From: an uncultured bacterium
GTDB taxonomy: Bacteria > Armatimonadota > SYMT01
Length of the DNA stretch: 64,000 nt
Direction of reading: 5' to 3'
Assembly (NCBI GenBank): GCA_964609085.1
Contig: CAZSRZ010000006.1
Location: 12,668-76,667 of the forward strand
Position numbers and translations under genes: made by a program. Below the pieces are notes generated by a model. That model was not told where the DNA came from and ran no database searches. It saw only the letters and a program-made list of their open reading frames with translations. How positions within the stretch are numbered: the stretch's first letter is position 1; each line of letters begins with the position of its first letter. Positions 39,112 through 47,814 of this stretch are shown piece after piece.

Positions 39112-40715
39112 CGTGCCGCCCCCTTCCCATCAGCGGCATGGGGCTGGTAGGGATTCTCGACCGGGCCACGCGGCTTGACGTAGGTGTCCGGCTTCTGGCC
39201 CTCGCGTTCGGCCCACGCGACGAACGTGAGCGCCTTGGCGCCGGACAGGTCCGGGTTTGCCCTCACGTAGGCATCGAAGGCGGCGCGGGTGGTGAACGCC
39301 CGTGACCACATATCGCAGCCCGCGTGGCTGGCCTCGCTTTCCAGGAAGACCACGCCGGGTGTTGTGGTCTTCAGGTTCCCCTGCTCATCTGAGGTCACCA
39401 CCACGGTGCGGTACGGGTCCTCGGTGGGGATCCGCAGGAGGGCGCGGCCCTTCGTTTCGGCGGCCATGTCGCGCGCGCAGAGCGGGCACCGCACTCGCAT
39501 CGACCAACCATCGGCGGTCACGGTGGGGTTGCGCCACCAGTCGCCCCCGTCCCAGAGGGGCATCGAGCAGTGGTGGCAGTCCGCCATGCTCATCCAACCC
39601 ATGGACGGCATCCACATCAGATCCGGGGTCATCCCTTTCATCATCCCCATCCCCGGCATGCCGACGAAGTGCCGATGGTCGTGAACTCCGGGGGCGCCCG
39701 CGGGTTGTGCGGACTCGCCCGGTTTCTCACCGCGGTGGGCTGCGGCGGAAACCTCCCAGATTGCCAGCCGGATCTGCTCTTCCTTCCGGGGATCGGACAG
39801 CTCCGGGGAAGCCAGGATGTCGTTCACCATGTCGTGCAGCATGTGCAGGTTGTCGAAGGCGTTGGCGATGTGCGGGAAGCGTGCCGCGAAGATAGGGCTG
39901 ACCTCGGCGAACATCGGCATGAAGGGTCGATCGGTCCGGTACAGCTCCACCCGCCGGTACTGGTCGCCGACCAGGGCATAGGCAGCCTTCTGGTCCTCGG
40001 AGGAGGTCCGGAAGAGCACGTCGTACATCGCGCCCTGCAGCCAGTGGTAGCCCCAGAACAGCCCGTTGACCTTCGGATAGGTTCGTCGAAACTTCCCGCT
40101 GTACGGCCGGCTGTCCAGGTGTTCCATGTTCATGGGAAGCGGCGTGATGGCGTACGGCACGCTTTCAAAGTAGTACTTCCAGAGCCGCTCGATCTCCCGG
40201 TCCTTCTCGGCGTGGGTGAGCCGGCGCGACGCCAGCACGTCCACGGTCTGCGCGTGCAGAACATGGGTCCAGTCGAATACCTGCTCCAGCACGCCGTACT
40301 TGCGGCCGAATGTGGGGGCGATGGCCGCCTCGTCCGGCATGAATCGGGGCGGATTCTTCAGCACGCGGTCAATTCGGCCGAAGGTCGTCGTTTCCAGCCG
40401 AGCGGCTTTCCCGGTCACAAGGTCCTCGTAGGCCATAGCGTGCCCCACCGCCACGGCGTTCAAGTCCCGCGCCAGGGGCTCGTTGTTGTAGACGGCGAAG
40501 TTGTAGGCACCCCGCCGGTAGAAGAGATGATTCTGCTGGGTATTGGTCAGCCAGCCCGGGAGCCCACCGGGGTCGCGAGGTAGTTCCCCAGAAGGCATGC
40601 GGGGCGCGTCGCCATGACCAGAATGGCCGTCCGGCCGGGGCTGGGCCCCGGTCGGACGGGCTGCTGGTGGCAGGCTGATCAACAGCAGCGCGGACACGAT
40701 CCAGGCCTTGTTCAT
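39102..40715 (-). CDS. Exported His-repeat helical protein with a Met-rich linker and a C-terminal NosL-like domain
   Basis: FDWTHVLH / FDNLHMLH repeats, GMPGMGMMKGM, then CHHC..RCPLCA..HAGC..TTRAAF. Start taken at ATG 40715 (signal peptide MNKAWIV). Confidence 0.7.
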   Translation of the reverse strand: MNKAWIVSALLLISLPPAARPTGAQPRPDGHSGHGDAPRMPSGELPRDPGGLPGWLTNTQQNHLFYRRGAYNFAVYNNEPLARDLNAVAVGHAMAYEDLVTGKAARLETTTFGRIDRVLKNPPRFMPDEAAIAPTFGRKYGVLEQVFDWTHVLHAQTVDVLASRRLTHAEKDREIERLWKYYFESVPYAITPLPMNMEHLDSRPYSGKFRRTYPKVNGLFWGYHWLQGAMYDVLFRTSSEDQKAAYALVGDQYRRVELYRTDRPFMPMFAEVSPIFAARFPHIANAFDNLHMLHDMVNDILASPELSDPRKEEQIRLAIWEVSAAAHRGEKPGESAQPAGAPGVHDHRHFVGMPGMGMMKGMTPDLMWMPSMGWMSMADCHHCSMPLWDGGDWWRNPTVTADGWSMRVRCPLCARDMAAETKGRALLRIPTEDPYRTVVVTSDEQGNLKTTTPGVVFLESEASHAGCDMWSRAFTTRAAFDAYVRANPDLSGAKALTFVAWAEREGQKPDTYVKPRGPVENPYQPHAADGKGAARCP

Positions 40716-40729
40716 GGGTGCCACGTCGA

Positions 40730-41227
40730 TCAGCGAGCGGGAGTGGCCAGAGCCACCATCTCGGCCAGAGTGAGCGGCTTCGCGTCGGCAAGCAACTCGT
40801 GATTCGCGTGGATCCACTTCTCGAAAGCAGACCGGGTGGTCAACGCTCGGTAGCCGAGCTGGCAGCTTCGGTGGTTCACTTTTTGCCCCACGAAGACGGC
40901 GCCCTCGGGTGAGGCGGTCCACTTGCCGTCCTTGCGCGCAAGGGTCACGGGCTTTCCCTTCAGCTCGGAGGGCGCGAGGATCGTGATGTCGCCCGTGTAG
41001 CTCTTCGAGTCCTGGAGCGCACAGAAAACACAGCGGTACTCGATCCGCTTCCGGCCACTCTTGAGGGCGACCTCATTGTCGAGCCGATCCGTGTCCTGCA
41101 CCACATCCAACTTGCAGACAGGGCACTTCGCCTCGTGAGCCCTGGCCGTATCGAGCCTCGGTCCGGCGACCGCGATCGCCGCCAGTATGCCGGCGATGAT
41201 CCATCGCCGCGAGATTATGGCATGCAT
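40730..41227 (-). CDS. Exported Cys/His metal-binding protein, NosL-like
   Basis: Signal peptide, CPVC..RCVFCA..HRSC..TTRSAF; AGAGGAG ribosome-binding site. Confidence 0.7.
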   Translation of the reverse strand: MHAIISRRWIIAGILAAIAVAGPRLDTARAHEAKCPVCKLDVVQDTDRLDNEVALKSGRKRIEYRCVFCALQDSKSYTGDITILAPSELKGKPVTLARKDGKWTASPEGAVFVGQKVNHRSCQLGYRALTTRSAFEKWIHANHELLADAKPLTLAEMVALATPAR

Positions 41228-41395
41228 TGCAAACTCCTCTGGGCGCCCTTGCGGGGGCGGGGATTGAGTGTCGCCGTCGGCGTCCCGGTTGGGGGACGCA
41301 CGGCATTCATCCGGGTGCCGTTGGGGGACGGGCGGCCGACCGTCACGGACGGATCGACCAGGGCGATCCGCCGGAGGCGGGGTAACTCCGTCCCG

Positions 41396-41872
41396 TTAGT
41401 GGGTGACGGCGGTCGGAGGGGCGCGCGACCGATCAGCGCCGCGCTGGGGCGGTCGCAGAGGCCCGGAAGCCGGCTGAGGCAACCGCAAGCCGCCCGTAGG
41501 CAGGATCAGGAGACGATCCGCGGTAGGCAGCAGGGCCGGGCTTGCCGCGAGGGGCCTCGCCGCCGGTTTGGGCTCCGTGGCCACCGGGGCAGAAGGCGTC
41601 TCGACCGTGCACGTGCACGAGGCCGAGGCCAGTGACCGGCCGGTGTGATGGGTCGGCGAGACGGCCTCGGAGCCGGATCGGCAACAACAGGTCGCTTCGC
41701 CGGACATCCCGCAGGCCCTGGGCGCCTGAGGCTGGGCAGAACTCGCCGCCGTTGCCGTCGGTGCAGTGGAGCTCCCGCAGGCGACCGCCATCCCGGGAAG
41801 GCCAGTGGCGAACGCCACCGCCAGGGCCGTGGGAAGGGCCATCCAGATTCTGTTGCGCCGCAGGAGTTTCAT
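41396..41872 (-). CDS. Cys-rich leader ORF with a C-terminal RAPP motif (DUF2946/CruR-like)
   Basis: An N-terminal hydrophobic helix, ACG..CCC..CTC, and a Pro-rich tail ending SRAPPTAVTH. It is the first gene after the CsoR-boxed promoter. Confidence 0.75.
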   Translation of the reverse strand: MKLLRRNRIWMALPTALAVAFATGLPGMAVACGSSTAPTATAASSAQPQAPRACGMSGEATCCCRSGSEAVSPTHHTGRSLASASCTCTVETPSAPVATEPKPAARPLAASPALLPTADRLLILPTGGLRLPQPASGPLRPPQRGADRSRAPPTAVTH

Positions 41873-41910
41873 GAAGGTTGCGCCTGTCCGTGAACAGGTC
41901 GTTGTCGAGG

Positions 41911-41939
41911 AGTATATACCCCTAGGGGGTAGAGATCAA
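41911..41939 (-). promoter_or_regulatory. Sigma70 promoter with a CsoR-type operator in the spacer
   Basis: Minus strand TTGATC-N17-TATACT; TACCCC-TAG-GGGGTA palindrome at 41917-41931. Confidence 0.8.
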
Positions 41940-41958
41940 CCACCGGCTGATCCCGATT

Positions 41959-44577
41959 TCACATGGACAAGGACCCGGTGGATGCACTGACGTTCCGGTT
42001 GTCGGCGTGGGTTTGTTGGGCAGGGACGTCGCCCGTTCGCGCGGACTGGGACCGAAACCCTCGCAGTCGCAGGCTGTTGGTCACCACCGAGATGCTGGAG
42101 AGAGCCATGGCCGCACTGGCGATGATCGGGGACAGAGTGATGCCGAAGACCGGGTAAAGCGCCCCTGCCGCTATCGGGATGCCCAGGACGTTGTAGAGGA
42201 AGGCGAAGAAGAGATTCTGGCGGATCGTGCGCATCGTGGCCCGTGAGAGCCGGATCGCCGCGACCACGCCCGTCAGTTCGCCGCTCACCAGGGTGATATC
42301 CGACGCTTCCATGGCGACATCGGTGCCTGTTCCGATGGCGATCCCGACATCAGCCTGCGCCAGGGCCGGGGCGTCGTTGATGCCGTCGCCGACCATGCCC
42401 ACCACGTGGCCTGCCTCCTGGAGCATCCGAACCTGTGCCACCTTCTGCTCCGGCAGCACCTCGGCGACGACGCGGTCGACGCCTACCTGCCGGCCGACCG
42501 CCTCAGCGGTGCGCAGATTGTCTCCGGTGACCATAACCACCAGCAGTCCGGCTTCGCGGAGAGCGGCCACCGCCGCGGCTGACCGGGCCTTCACCCGATC
42601 CGCAACGGCGATCACCCCGGCCGCCCGACCGTCCACGGCAGCCAGCATCGGTGTCTTCCCATCTTCGGAGAGCCGGTCCATGCTCTCCAGCAGCGGCGTC
42701 GGGTCGATGCCGCGCTCATCCAACAATCGCCGATTGCCGACGAGCACGGTGCGGCCGTCGACGGTCGCTTCCAGCCCGCGCCCGGTCAGCGAGTTGAAGG
42801 AGGATGCCTGGCTGGGGCTGAGGCCCCGAACCTCGGCGGCCCTGACGATCGCCTCCCCGAGCGGATGCTCCGAGGACTTCTCGGCACCAGCAATCAACCC
42901 CAGGAGTTCCGCCTCGTCCCATCCGTCAGTAGGTATGACATCGGTCAGTTCCGGTCGCCCTTCGGTGATCGTGCCGGTCTTGTCCAGGATCAGGGCGGTG
43001 ATCTTGTGCGCTGTCTCCAGGCTTTCACCCCCACGGATCAAGATGCCGTTTTCGGCACCGCGGCCGGTGCCGACCATCACCGCGGTCGGCGTCGCCAGGC
43101 CCAGAGCGCAGGGGCACGCGATGATGAGCACCGAGACGAAGGCGATCAGAGCCTGCTGAAGCCGCGTTTCCACCGGGGCCAGCGTCATCCAGAGGAAGAA
43201 CGCGACGACGGCGATCCCCAGCACCCCCGGCACAAAGACACCGCTGATGACGTCCGCCAATCTCTGGATCGGAGCCTTGCTGCCCTGAGCCTCCTGCACC
43301 AGCTTGATGATCTGCTGCAGAGCAGTCTCCTTGCCCACCTTCGTCGCTTCGAGCCGGAAGGCGCCGGTTCGGTTAATGGTGGCACCGAAGACCTCATCCC
43401 CCGGGGCCTTCTCCACCGGTAGGCTCTCGCCGGTCAACATCGACTCATCCACCGCGCTCCCGCCGAACCGGACGACCCCGTCCACGGGGATCTTCTCGCC
43501 TGGTCGGACCAGCACCAGATCTCCGGCGGCCACATCCTCGACGGGGATCTCGAGCTCCGCCCCATCACGCAGCACATGGGCGGTCCGCGGTTGGAGCCCG
43601 ATCAGGCGACGAATCGCGTCGCCCGCTCGAGCCTTTGCACCGGCCTCCAGCATCCTGCCGACCAGGATCAAGGCGATGATCACGGCTGCTGCCTCAAAGT
43701 AGACGGGTGCCATTACCGGGCCGTGGCCGCCGCCGTGAGCGTGGGTGGGAACGACGAGCCCGGGAAAGAGGGTCGCGATGACGCTGAAAACGAATGCGGC
43801 CCCGGTGCCCATGGCGATCAGGGTGTTCATGTCCGCCGAGCGGTGCCAGAGGGCACTCCAGGCACCACGGAAAAACGGTGCTCCTGCATAGGCGAGGACG
43901 GGCGTCGTGAGCAACATCTGGACCCAGTGGTTGCCGGGGAAATCCAGGTGCAGCATGGCGAGGACCGTCACAGGCAACCCGAAGACCAGAGCGACCCAGA
44001 AGCGGCGGCGGAGGTCCGCGTACTCTCGCTCACGGGCAACCCGTTCCCAATCCTCATCGCCAACGCCCGCCGCCTCCGCCTCGATGGGCGTGGGCGGTTC
44101 CAGCGCGTGTCCCTCGCTGACGAGGGCCTGCCGTACCGCGTCCGGCTCCGTGAGGCCGGGGAAATACTCGACCACCAGAACCTGGTTGGCCTCGTCAAGG
44201 GCGGCACTCACCACGCCGCGCAGTCGAGCAGCCGTCTCGACAACCCCCGTAGCCTGCTCCGCGCCTGCCGGGGTCAACCGAATCCGAGCCTCAGCCGTAC
44301 CGGCCGTACCATAGCCCGCCCGCCGGATGGCACCGACCAGCAGCCCGGTGTTCGTCTCCGTCGGCTGATAGGCGATCGTCGCCTGGTGGGCAGCGAAGTT
44401 CACCCCGGCCTCGGTCACGCCGGGAGTGCGGCGGAGCACCTTCTCGATACGGGCAGCGCACGCCGCACAACTCATCCCCGTCACTGGAACCGTGATCTGC
44501 TCGTCCGCCGTCCCCTCGGGGCCAGCCGTCGGACCGGATTGGCCCTCGCGGACCACTGACCCCATTGAGCCTGCCAT
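41959..44577 (-). CDS. copA: Cu(I)-translocating P1B-1 ATPase
   Basis: [38 protein letters not shown] and AMALSS; GAGGTG ribosome-binding site before ATG 44577. Confidence 0.95.
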   Translation of the reverse strand: MAGSMGSVVREGQSGPTAGPEGTADEQITVPVTGMSCAACAARIEKVLRRTPGVTEAGVNFAAHQATIAYQPTETNTGLLVGAIRRAGYGTAGTAEARIRLTPAGAEQATGVVETAARLRGVVSAALDEANQVLVVEYFPGLTEPDAVRQALVSEGHALEPPTPIEAEAAGVGDEDWERVAREREYADLRRRFWVALVFGLPVTVLAMLHLDFPGNHWVQMLLTTPVLAYAGAPFFRGAWSALWHRSADMNTLIAMGTGAAFVFSVIATLFPGLVVPTHAHGGGHGPVMAPVYFEAAAVIIALILVGRMLEAGAKARAGDAIRRLIGLQPRTAHVLRDGAELEIPVEDVAAGDLVLVRPGEKIPVDGVVRFGGSAVDESMLTGESLPVEKAPGDEVFGATINRTGAFRLEATKVGKETALQQIIKLVQEAQGSKAPIQRLADVISGVFVPGVLGIAVVAFFLWMTLAPVETRLQQALIAFVSVLIIACPCALGLATPTAVMVGTGRGAENGILIRGGESLETAHKITALILDKTGTITEGRPELTDVIPTDGWDEAELLGLIAGAEKSSEHPLGEAIVRAAEVRGLSPSQASSFNSLTGRGLEATVDGRTVLVGNRRLLDERGIDPTPLLESMDRLSEDGKTPMLAAVDGRAAGVIAVADRVKARSAAAVAALREAGLLVVMVTGDNLRTAEAVGRQVGVDRVVAEVLPEQKVAQVRMLQEAGHVVGMVGDGINDAPALAQADVGIAIGTGTDVAMEASDITLVSGELTGVVAAIRLSRATMRTIRQNLFFAFLYNVLGIPIAAGALYPVFGITLSPIIASAAMALSSISVVTNSLRLRGFRSQSARTGDVPAQQTHADNRNVSASTGSLSM

Positions 44578-44624
44578 CGCACTCACCTCGTCTCCCCTCC
44601 GAGCGCCTGTCGGCCGGATGTCCA

Positions 44625-44686
44625 ATACCCTATGGGGGTATACCAGCGCCAACACTTTTATACCCCCTACGGGTATGACCTGTCAA
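44625..44686 (-). promoter_or_regulatory. copA promoter with two CsoR-type operators
   Basis: Minus strand TTGACA (44686-44681)-N18-TATAAA (44662-44657); ATACCC-N5-GGGTAT at 44625-44641 and 44660-44676. Confidence 0.85.
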
Positions 44687-44720
44687 CCTGGACGGTCCAC
44701 GGTTCCGCTGCCCAGCCGCC

Positions 44721-44960
44721 GCGCCCAACCCCCGACAAACGGGAGCCTCCCCGGGAGCCATCCTGGGTGCGAGGGCGACCCGCCCGCATGGGCCGCGGTG
44801 ACCGCGCCCAACCCCCGACAAACGGGAGCCTCCCCGGGAGCCATCCTGGGTGCGCGGGCGTCCCGCCCGCATGGGCCGCCGTGGCCGAACCCGACCACCG
44901 ACAAACGGGCACATCCCTGGGAGCCATCCTGGGTGCGCGATCATCCCGCCCACATGGGCC
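44721..44960. repeat. Three tandem 83-bp repeats containing a REP-like palindrome
   Basis: CGACAAACGGG at 44733, 44816 and 44899. Each unit contains GGGAGCCATCCTGGGTGCG..CCCGCCC.CATGGGCC. Confidence 0.9.
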
Positions 44961-45005
44961 CGCCCCGTCCGCTGCCGCAACTGCCGTCGCGTACCGGCTG
45001 TGGCT

Positions 45006-47486
45006 CTAGCCCAGGTTCCGCTTCGGGGAGTCGTCCGGCCCGTAGCCGGGAATCGGCACCGGAGGATGTTCGAGATCGAACACCCGTGGCGTGCCCATCT
45101 CAACCATCCGCCTGGCGGCGGCCTCGAGGAGCGACTTGCCGTTGGCGCCGTCCGCAGGGTAGGCAGCCAGGCCGTAAACCACCTGCGACTGCGTCCCCGC
45201 GTGGGAGCGCGTGCGACAGTGGGCCACGATACGATCCGAGATCACCGCCGCGTCGATCTGGTTGCAGCGAGGGAGGACCACCGCAAAGTCGCCGTCAGCG
45301 GTGTGCGCCACAAAATCTCCCTCGCGGAGGGCGTCCCGTAGGTGGGCGGCGAGGCCCGTGCGGCTTCGCCGGAGCGACTCCTCCGTGTGCCGCGAGGTCG
45401 CCGATTCCCCGATCACCAACACGGCGAACTCTTCTTCCCGCGTCTGGGCGATGGTGACCTGCGAGTGAAGGAACTGGAGCAGGTTCACGCAGCTCGGGAG
45501 GCCCGTGACCGGATCGTTGACGAAGGCCCGAGACTGCGCCTCCAGGACGAGGGCATACGGGTCGGACTGCGATAGGAACTGGGCCAGGAGCTGCAATCGG
45601 TCACCGTGTAGCTCCCGGTAGACACTGTAGCTGCTGTGGTAGGCCGCAAGCACGCCGAGGGTCTTGCCCCCGACAACAATGGGCGCGGCGAGCGCGCTGC
45701 TGAGCTCCAGGTTCTCGCCCGGCCGGACGCGGCGGGAGAGGTCCATCCCCGCAGCGACATTGATGACGGACCTGCCGGTGGTCGCTACATACCCGCTCAT
45801 GCCTTCCCCGAGGTGAATCTCCAGCCCGTCGAAGAGCTCACGCCAGTCGCCTTCCACGCTGATCGGGGTGAGCGTCCGCCGCTCCTGGTTCACAACATAG
45901 AGCACGAGCGTCGAGAAGGGAATGTGCGGCTTGATGGCGTCCACCAGATCAGCGGACAGCATCGGGGCGCCTCGGGATGCGATGGGGAGGGCATTCAATT
46001 CCTGAAGGAATTCCTCCTCGGACAGGGGTTGGTCCAGTTGGGCCACTTGCAGACTCGCAACCCGCTGGGCGAGGATTTCCACCACCGAGGGCTTCTCCGC
46101 CGGCGCATCCTGGGCGAGTTGCTCGATGGCGGCATCCATCTCCGGCAGGGACTTGATGAAGATCTTGGTCAGCTCCGGGTCGAATTGTGTGCCGGCGTTG
46201 GCGCGGATCATGTCTAGCGCTTGTTCCTGCCTGACGGCCCGTCGGTACGGCCGGTCCGAGGTAAGGGCGTCGTACATGTCGACCAGCGACAGGATGCGGG
46301 CCCCGAGCGGAATCTGCTCCCCGCACAGGCCGTCCGGATACCCGAGCCCGTCCCAGCGCTCGTGATGTCCCCGGACGATTGGCACCACGGGCCAGGGGAA
46401 GTCGACCTGCTCGAGGATCGCCACCCCCATGGCCACGTGTGACTTGATGATCTCGAACTCCGACGCCGACAGCTTGCCGCGCTTCAATAGGATCTGCTCG
46501 GGGATGCCGATCTTCCCGATGTCGTGTAGGAGCGCCGCCGCCCGGATCGCTTCCAGGTCTCCACCGGTGATGCCCAGGCGCGTGGCAACTCCCACCGCGT
46601 ACTCGCGCACGCGGTTCACGTGCTTGTGCGTGTGGGGGTCCTTCGTCTCGATGGCCATCGCCAGGCTGGCGATCATCGCCTCGTTGAGGCGATTGACCGT
46701 GCCCATGTGCTCCATGTCGGCCTTCAGCTTCTGGCTGCGGACGTTGAATGAGTAGTAGATGATGTAGCTGAGCGGCGCCAGGATTAGGATGGCGATGCCG
46801 GGTAGTTGAAAGGGGAGCCAGCTCGTCACACAGACGACCACGGCACCGATAGAGGCGCTGGCGGCAAACCCCGGCCAGGCCCAGGCGAAGTATTCGCGGA
46901 AGGTGGCCCAGGCCTGGCGCTCTTGCGACCACGCCATGGCCACGGACATGCCGATGGCGTTCACCACGTAGAATGCCATCGGCGGTGCCGCCAGGGCTCC
47001 CCAGTTCAGGTTCTGCACCTGCAGCGGAAACTCGCCACGGAGGAGGTGGTGCACCGCGGCCATCGCCCCGATGCCCAGGATCAGGTTGGAGAGGTTGTAG
47101 AGTGCCTGGTAAGTGAGAGACTTACGAATCTGGATGTGCCAGCCTTGCTCCCCATGTCGGAGCGAAACGCCGCCGATCACACCGAAGAGGCTCACCAGCA
47201 CCGCAGCCGAAGGGCCGAGGATGAGGAACGTGTAGTAGGTGACCGTGAAGGTGAGGGTGATACAAGCCTTGCCGGCGCTCGGGTCGACGCGTGCGGCACC
47301 AGCCACCAGCCCGGCGAAGCAGAGCAACCCCAGCATTCCCCAGTCGGCAACGGGGAACGTGCTCTCCAGCCAGAAGGTCACCCCGATGGCACAGCATGCC
47401 TGGATAAGGATCCAGGCGCGAAGCTTCCTCGCCAGACGGTCAAACCGCATGGCGCCTGGGTTCCGTATGCTGCCGAGAAACTTCAT
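45006..47486 (-). CDS. Membrane-bound HD-GYP phosphodiesterase with GAF and degenerate GGDEF domains
   Basis: About 6-7 N-terminal transmembrane helices; KDPHT, LLHDIGK, HHERWDGLGYP and DMYDAL..RPY; a GAF domain (GEGMSGYVA); GGDEF replaced by ADGDF. Confidence 0.9.
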   Translation of the reverse strand: MKFLGSIRNPGAMRFDRLARKLRAWILIQACCAIGVTFWLESTFPVADWGMLGLLCFAGLVAGAARVDPSAGKACITLTFTVTYYTFLILGPSAAVLVSLFGVIGGVSLRHGEQGWHIQIRKSLTYQALYNLSNLILGIGAMAAVHHLLRGEFPLQVQNLNWGALAAPPMAFYVVNAIGMSVAMAWSQERQAWATFREYFAWAWPGFAASASIGAVVVCVTSWLPFQLPGIAILILAPLSYIIYYSFNVRSQKLKADMEHMGTVNRLNEAMIASLAMAIETKDPHTHKHVNRVREYAVGVATRLGITGGDLEAIRAAALLHDIGKIGIPEQILLKRGKLSASEFEIIKSHVAMGVAILEQVDFPWPVVPIVRGHHERWDGLGYPDGLCGEQIPLGARILSLVDMYDALTSDRPYRRAVRQEQALDMIRANAGTQFDPELTKIFIKSLPEMDAAIEQLAQDAPAEKPSVVEILAQRVASLQVAQLDQPLSEEEFLQELNALPIASRGAPMLSADLVDAIKPHIPFSTLVLYVVNQERRTLTPISVEGDWRELFDGLEIHLGEGMSGYVATTGRSVINVAAGMDLSRRVRPGENLELSSALAAPIVVGGKTLGVLAAYHSSYSVYRELHGDRLQLLAQFLSQSDPYALVLEAQSRAFVNDPVTGLPSCVNLLQFLHSQVTIAQTREEEFAVLVIGESATSRHTEESLRRSRTGLAAHLRDALREGDFVAHTADGDFAVVLPRCNQIDAAVISDRIVAHCRTRSHAGTQSQVVYGLAAYPADGANGKSLLEAAARRMVEMGTPRVFDLEHPPVPIPGYGPDDSPKRNLG

Positions 47487-47814
47487 GGGGCGATCGGCTC
47501 CCCGGACTAACGGGAGCCGTGAGAGAGAGCGTAGGACGCTTGCCTGTGCGTCCGTTGTTCCCCTGCTTTAGCCCGCGATTCCTGCGTCCGGGTCCCATCG
47601 CATCCCCCACACACCTGGCCAGCAAGGCATCGGATGGAAGTGTCGCAAGAAAAACCCAACATCCAAGGGGCTGCGCGGGGAGGAGCGCCACGGTATTTGG
47701 GAGTAGTCTCACTTACTGCTTCACGTGGCCCGTTTGCAGACGGCTCCACGTGGGAACAGAGAGTCAGGGCTGGAGAGGTCGGGGCGCCCCAACTCCCGTA
47801 CAGGAGGGCACCCC

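Noticed and set aside
39560-39585. CHHC as a c-type haem-binding motif
   Set aside because: It reads CHHCS, not CxxCH; it fits the Cys metal-binding domain shared with the next gene.
44721-44960. 83-bp repeats as a CRISPR array
   Set aside because: The whole unit is repeated and there are no unique spacers.
47520-47610. Fragments resembling a c-di-GMP-I riboswitch (GGACGCA..GGGCTAA and ACGCACAGGCAA) upstream of the HD-GYP gene
   Set aside because: The elements are in the wrong order and the GAAA-tetraloop stem is missing. An Infernal search with the Rfam c-di-GMP-I model would settle it.
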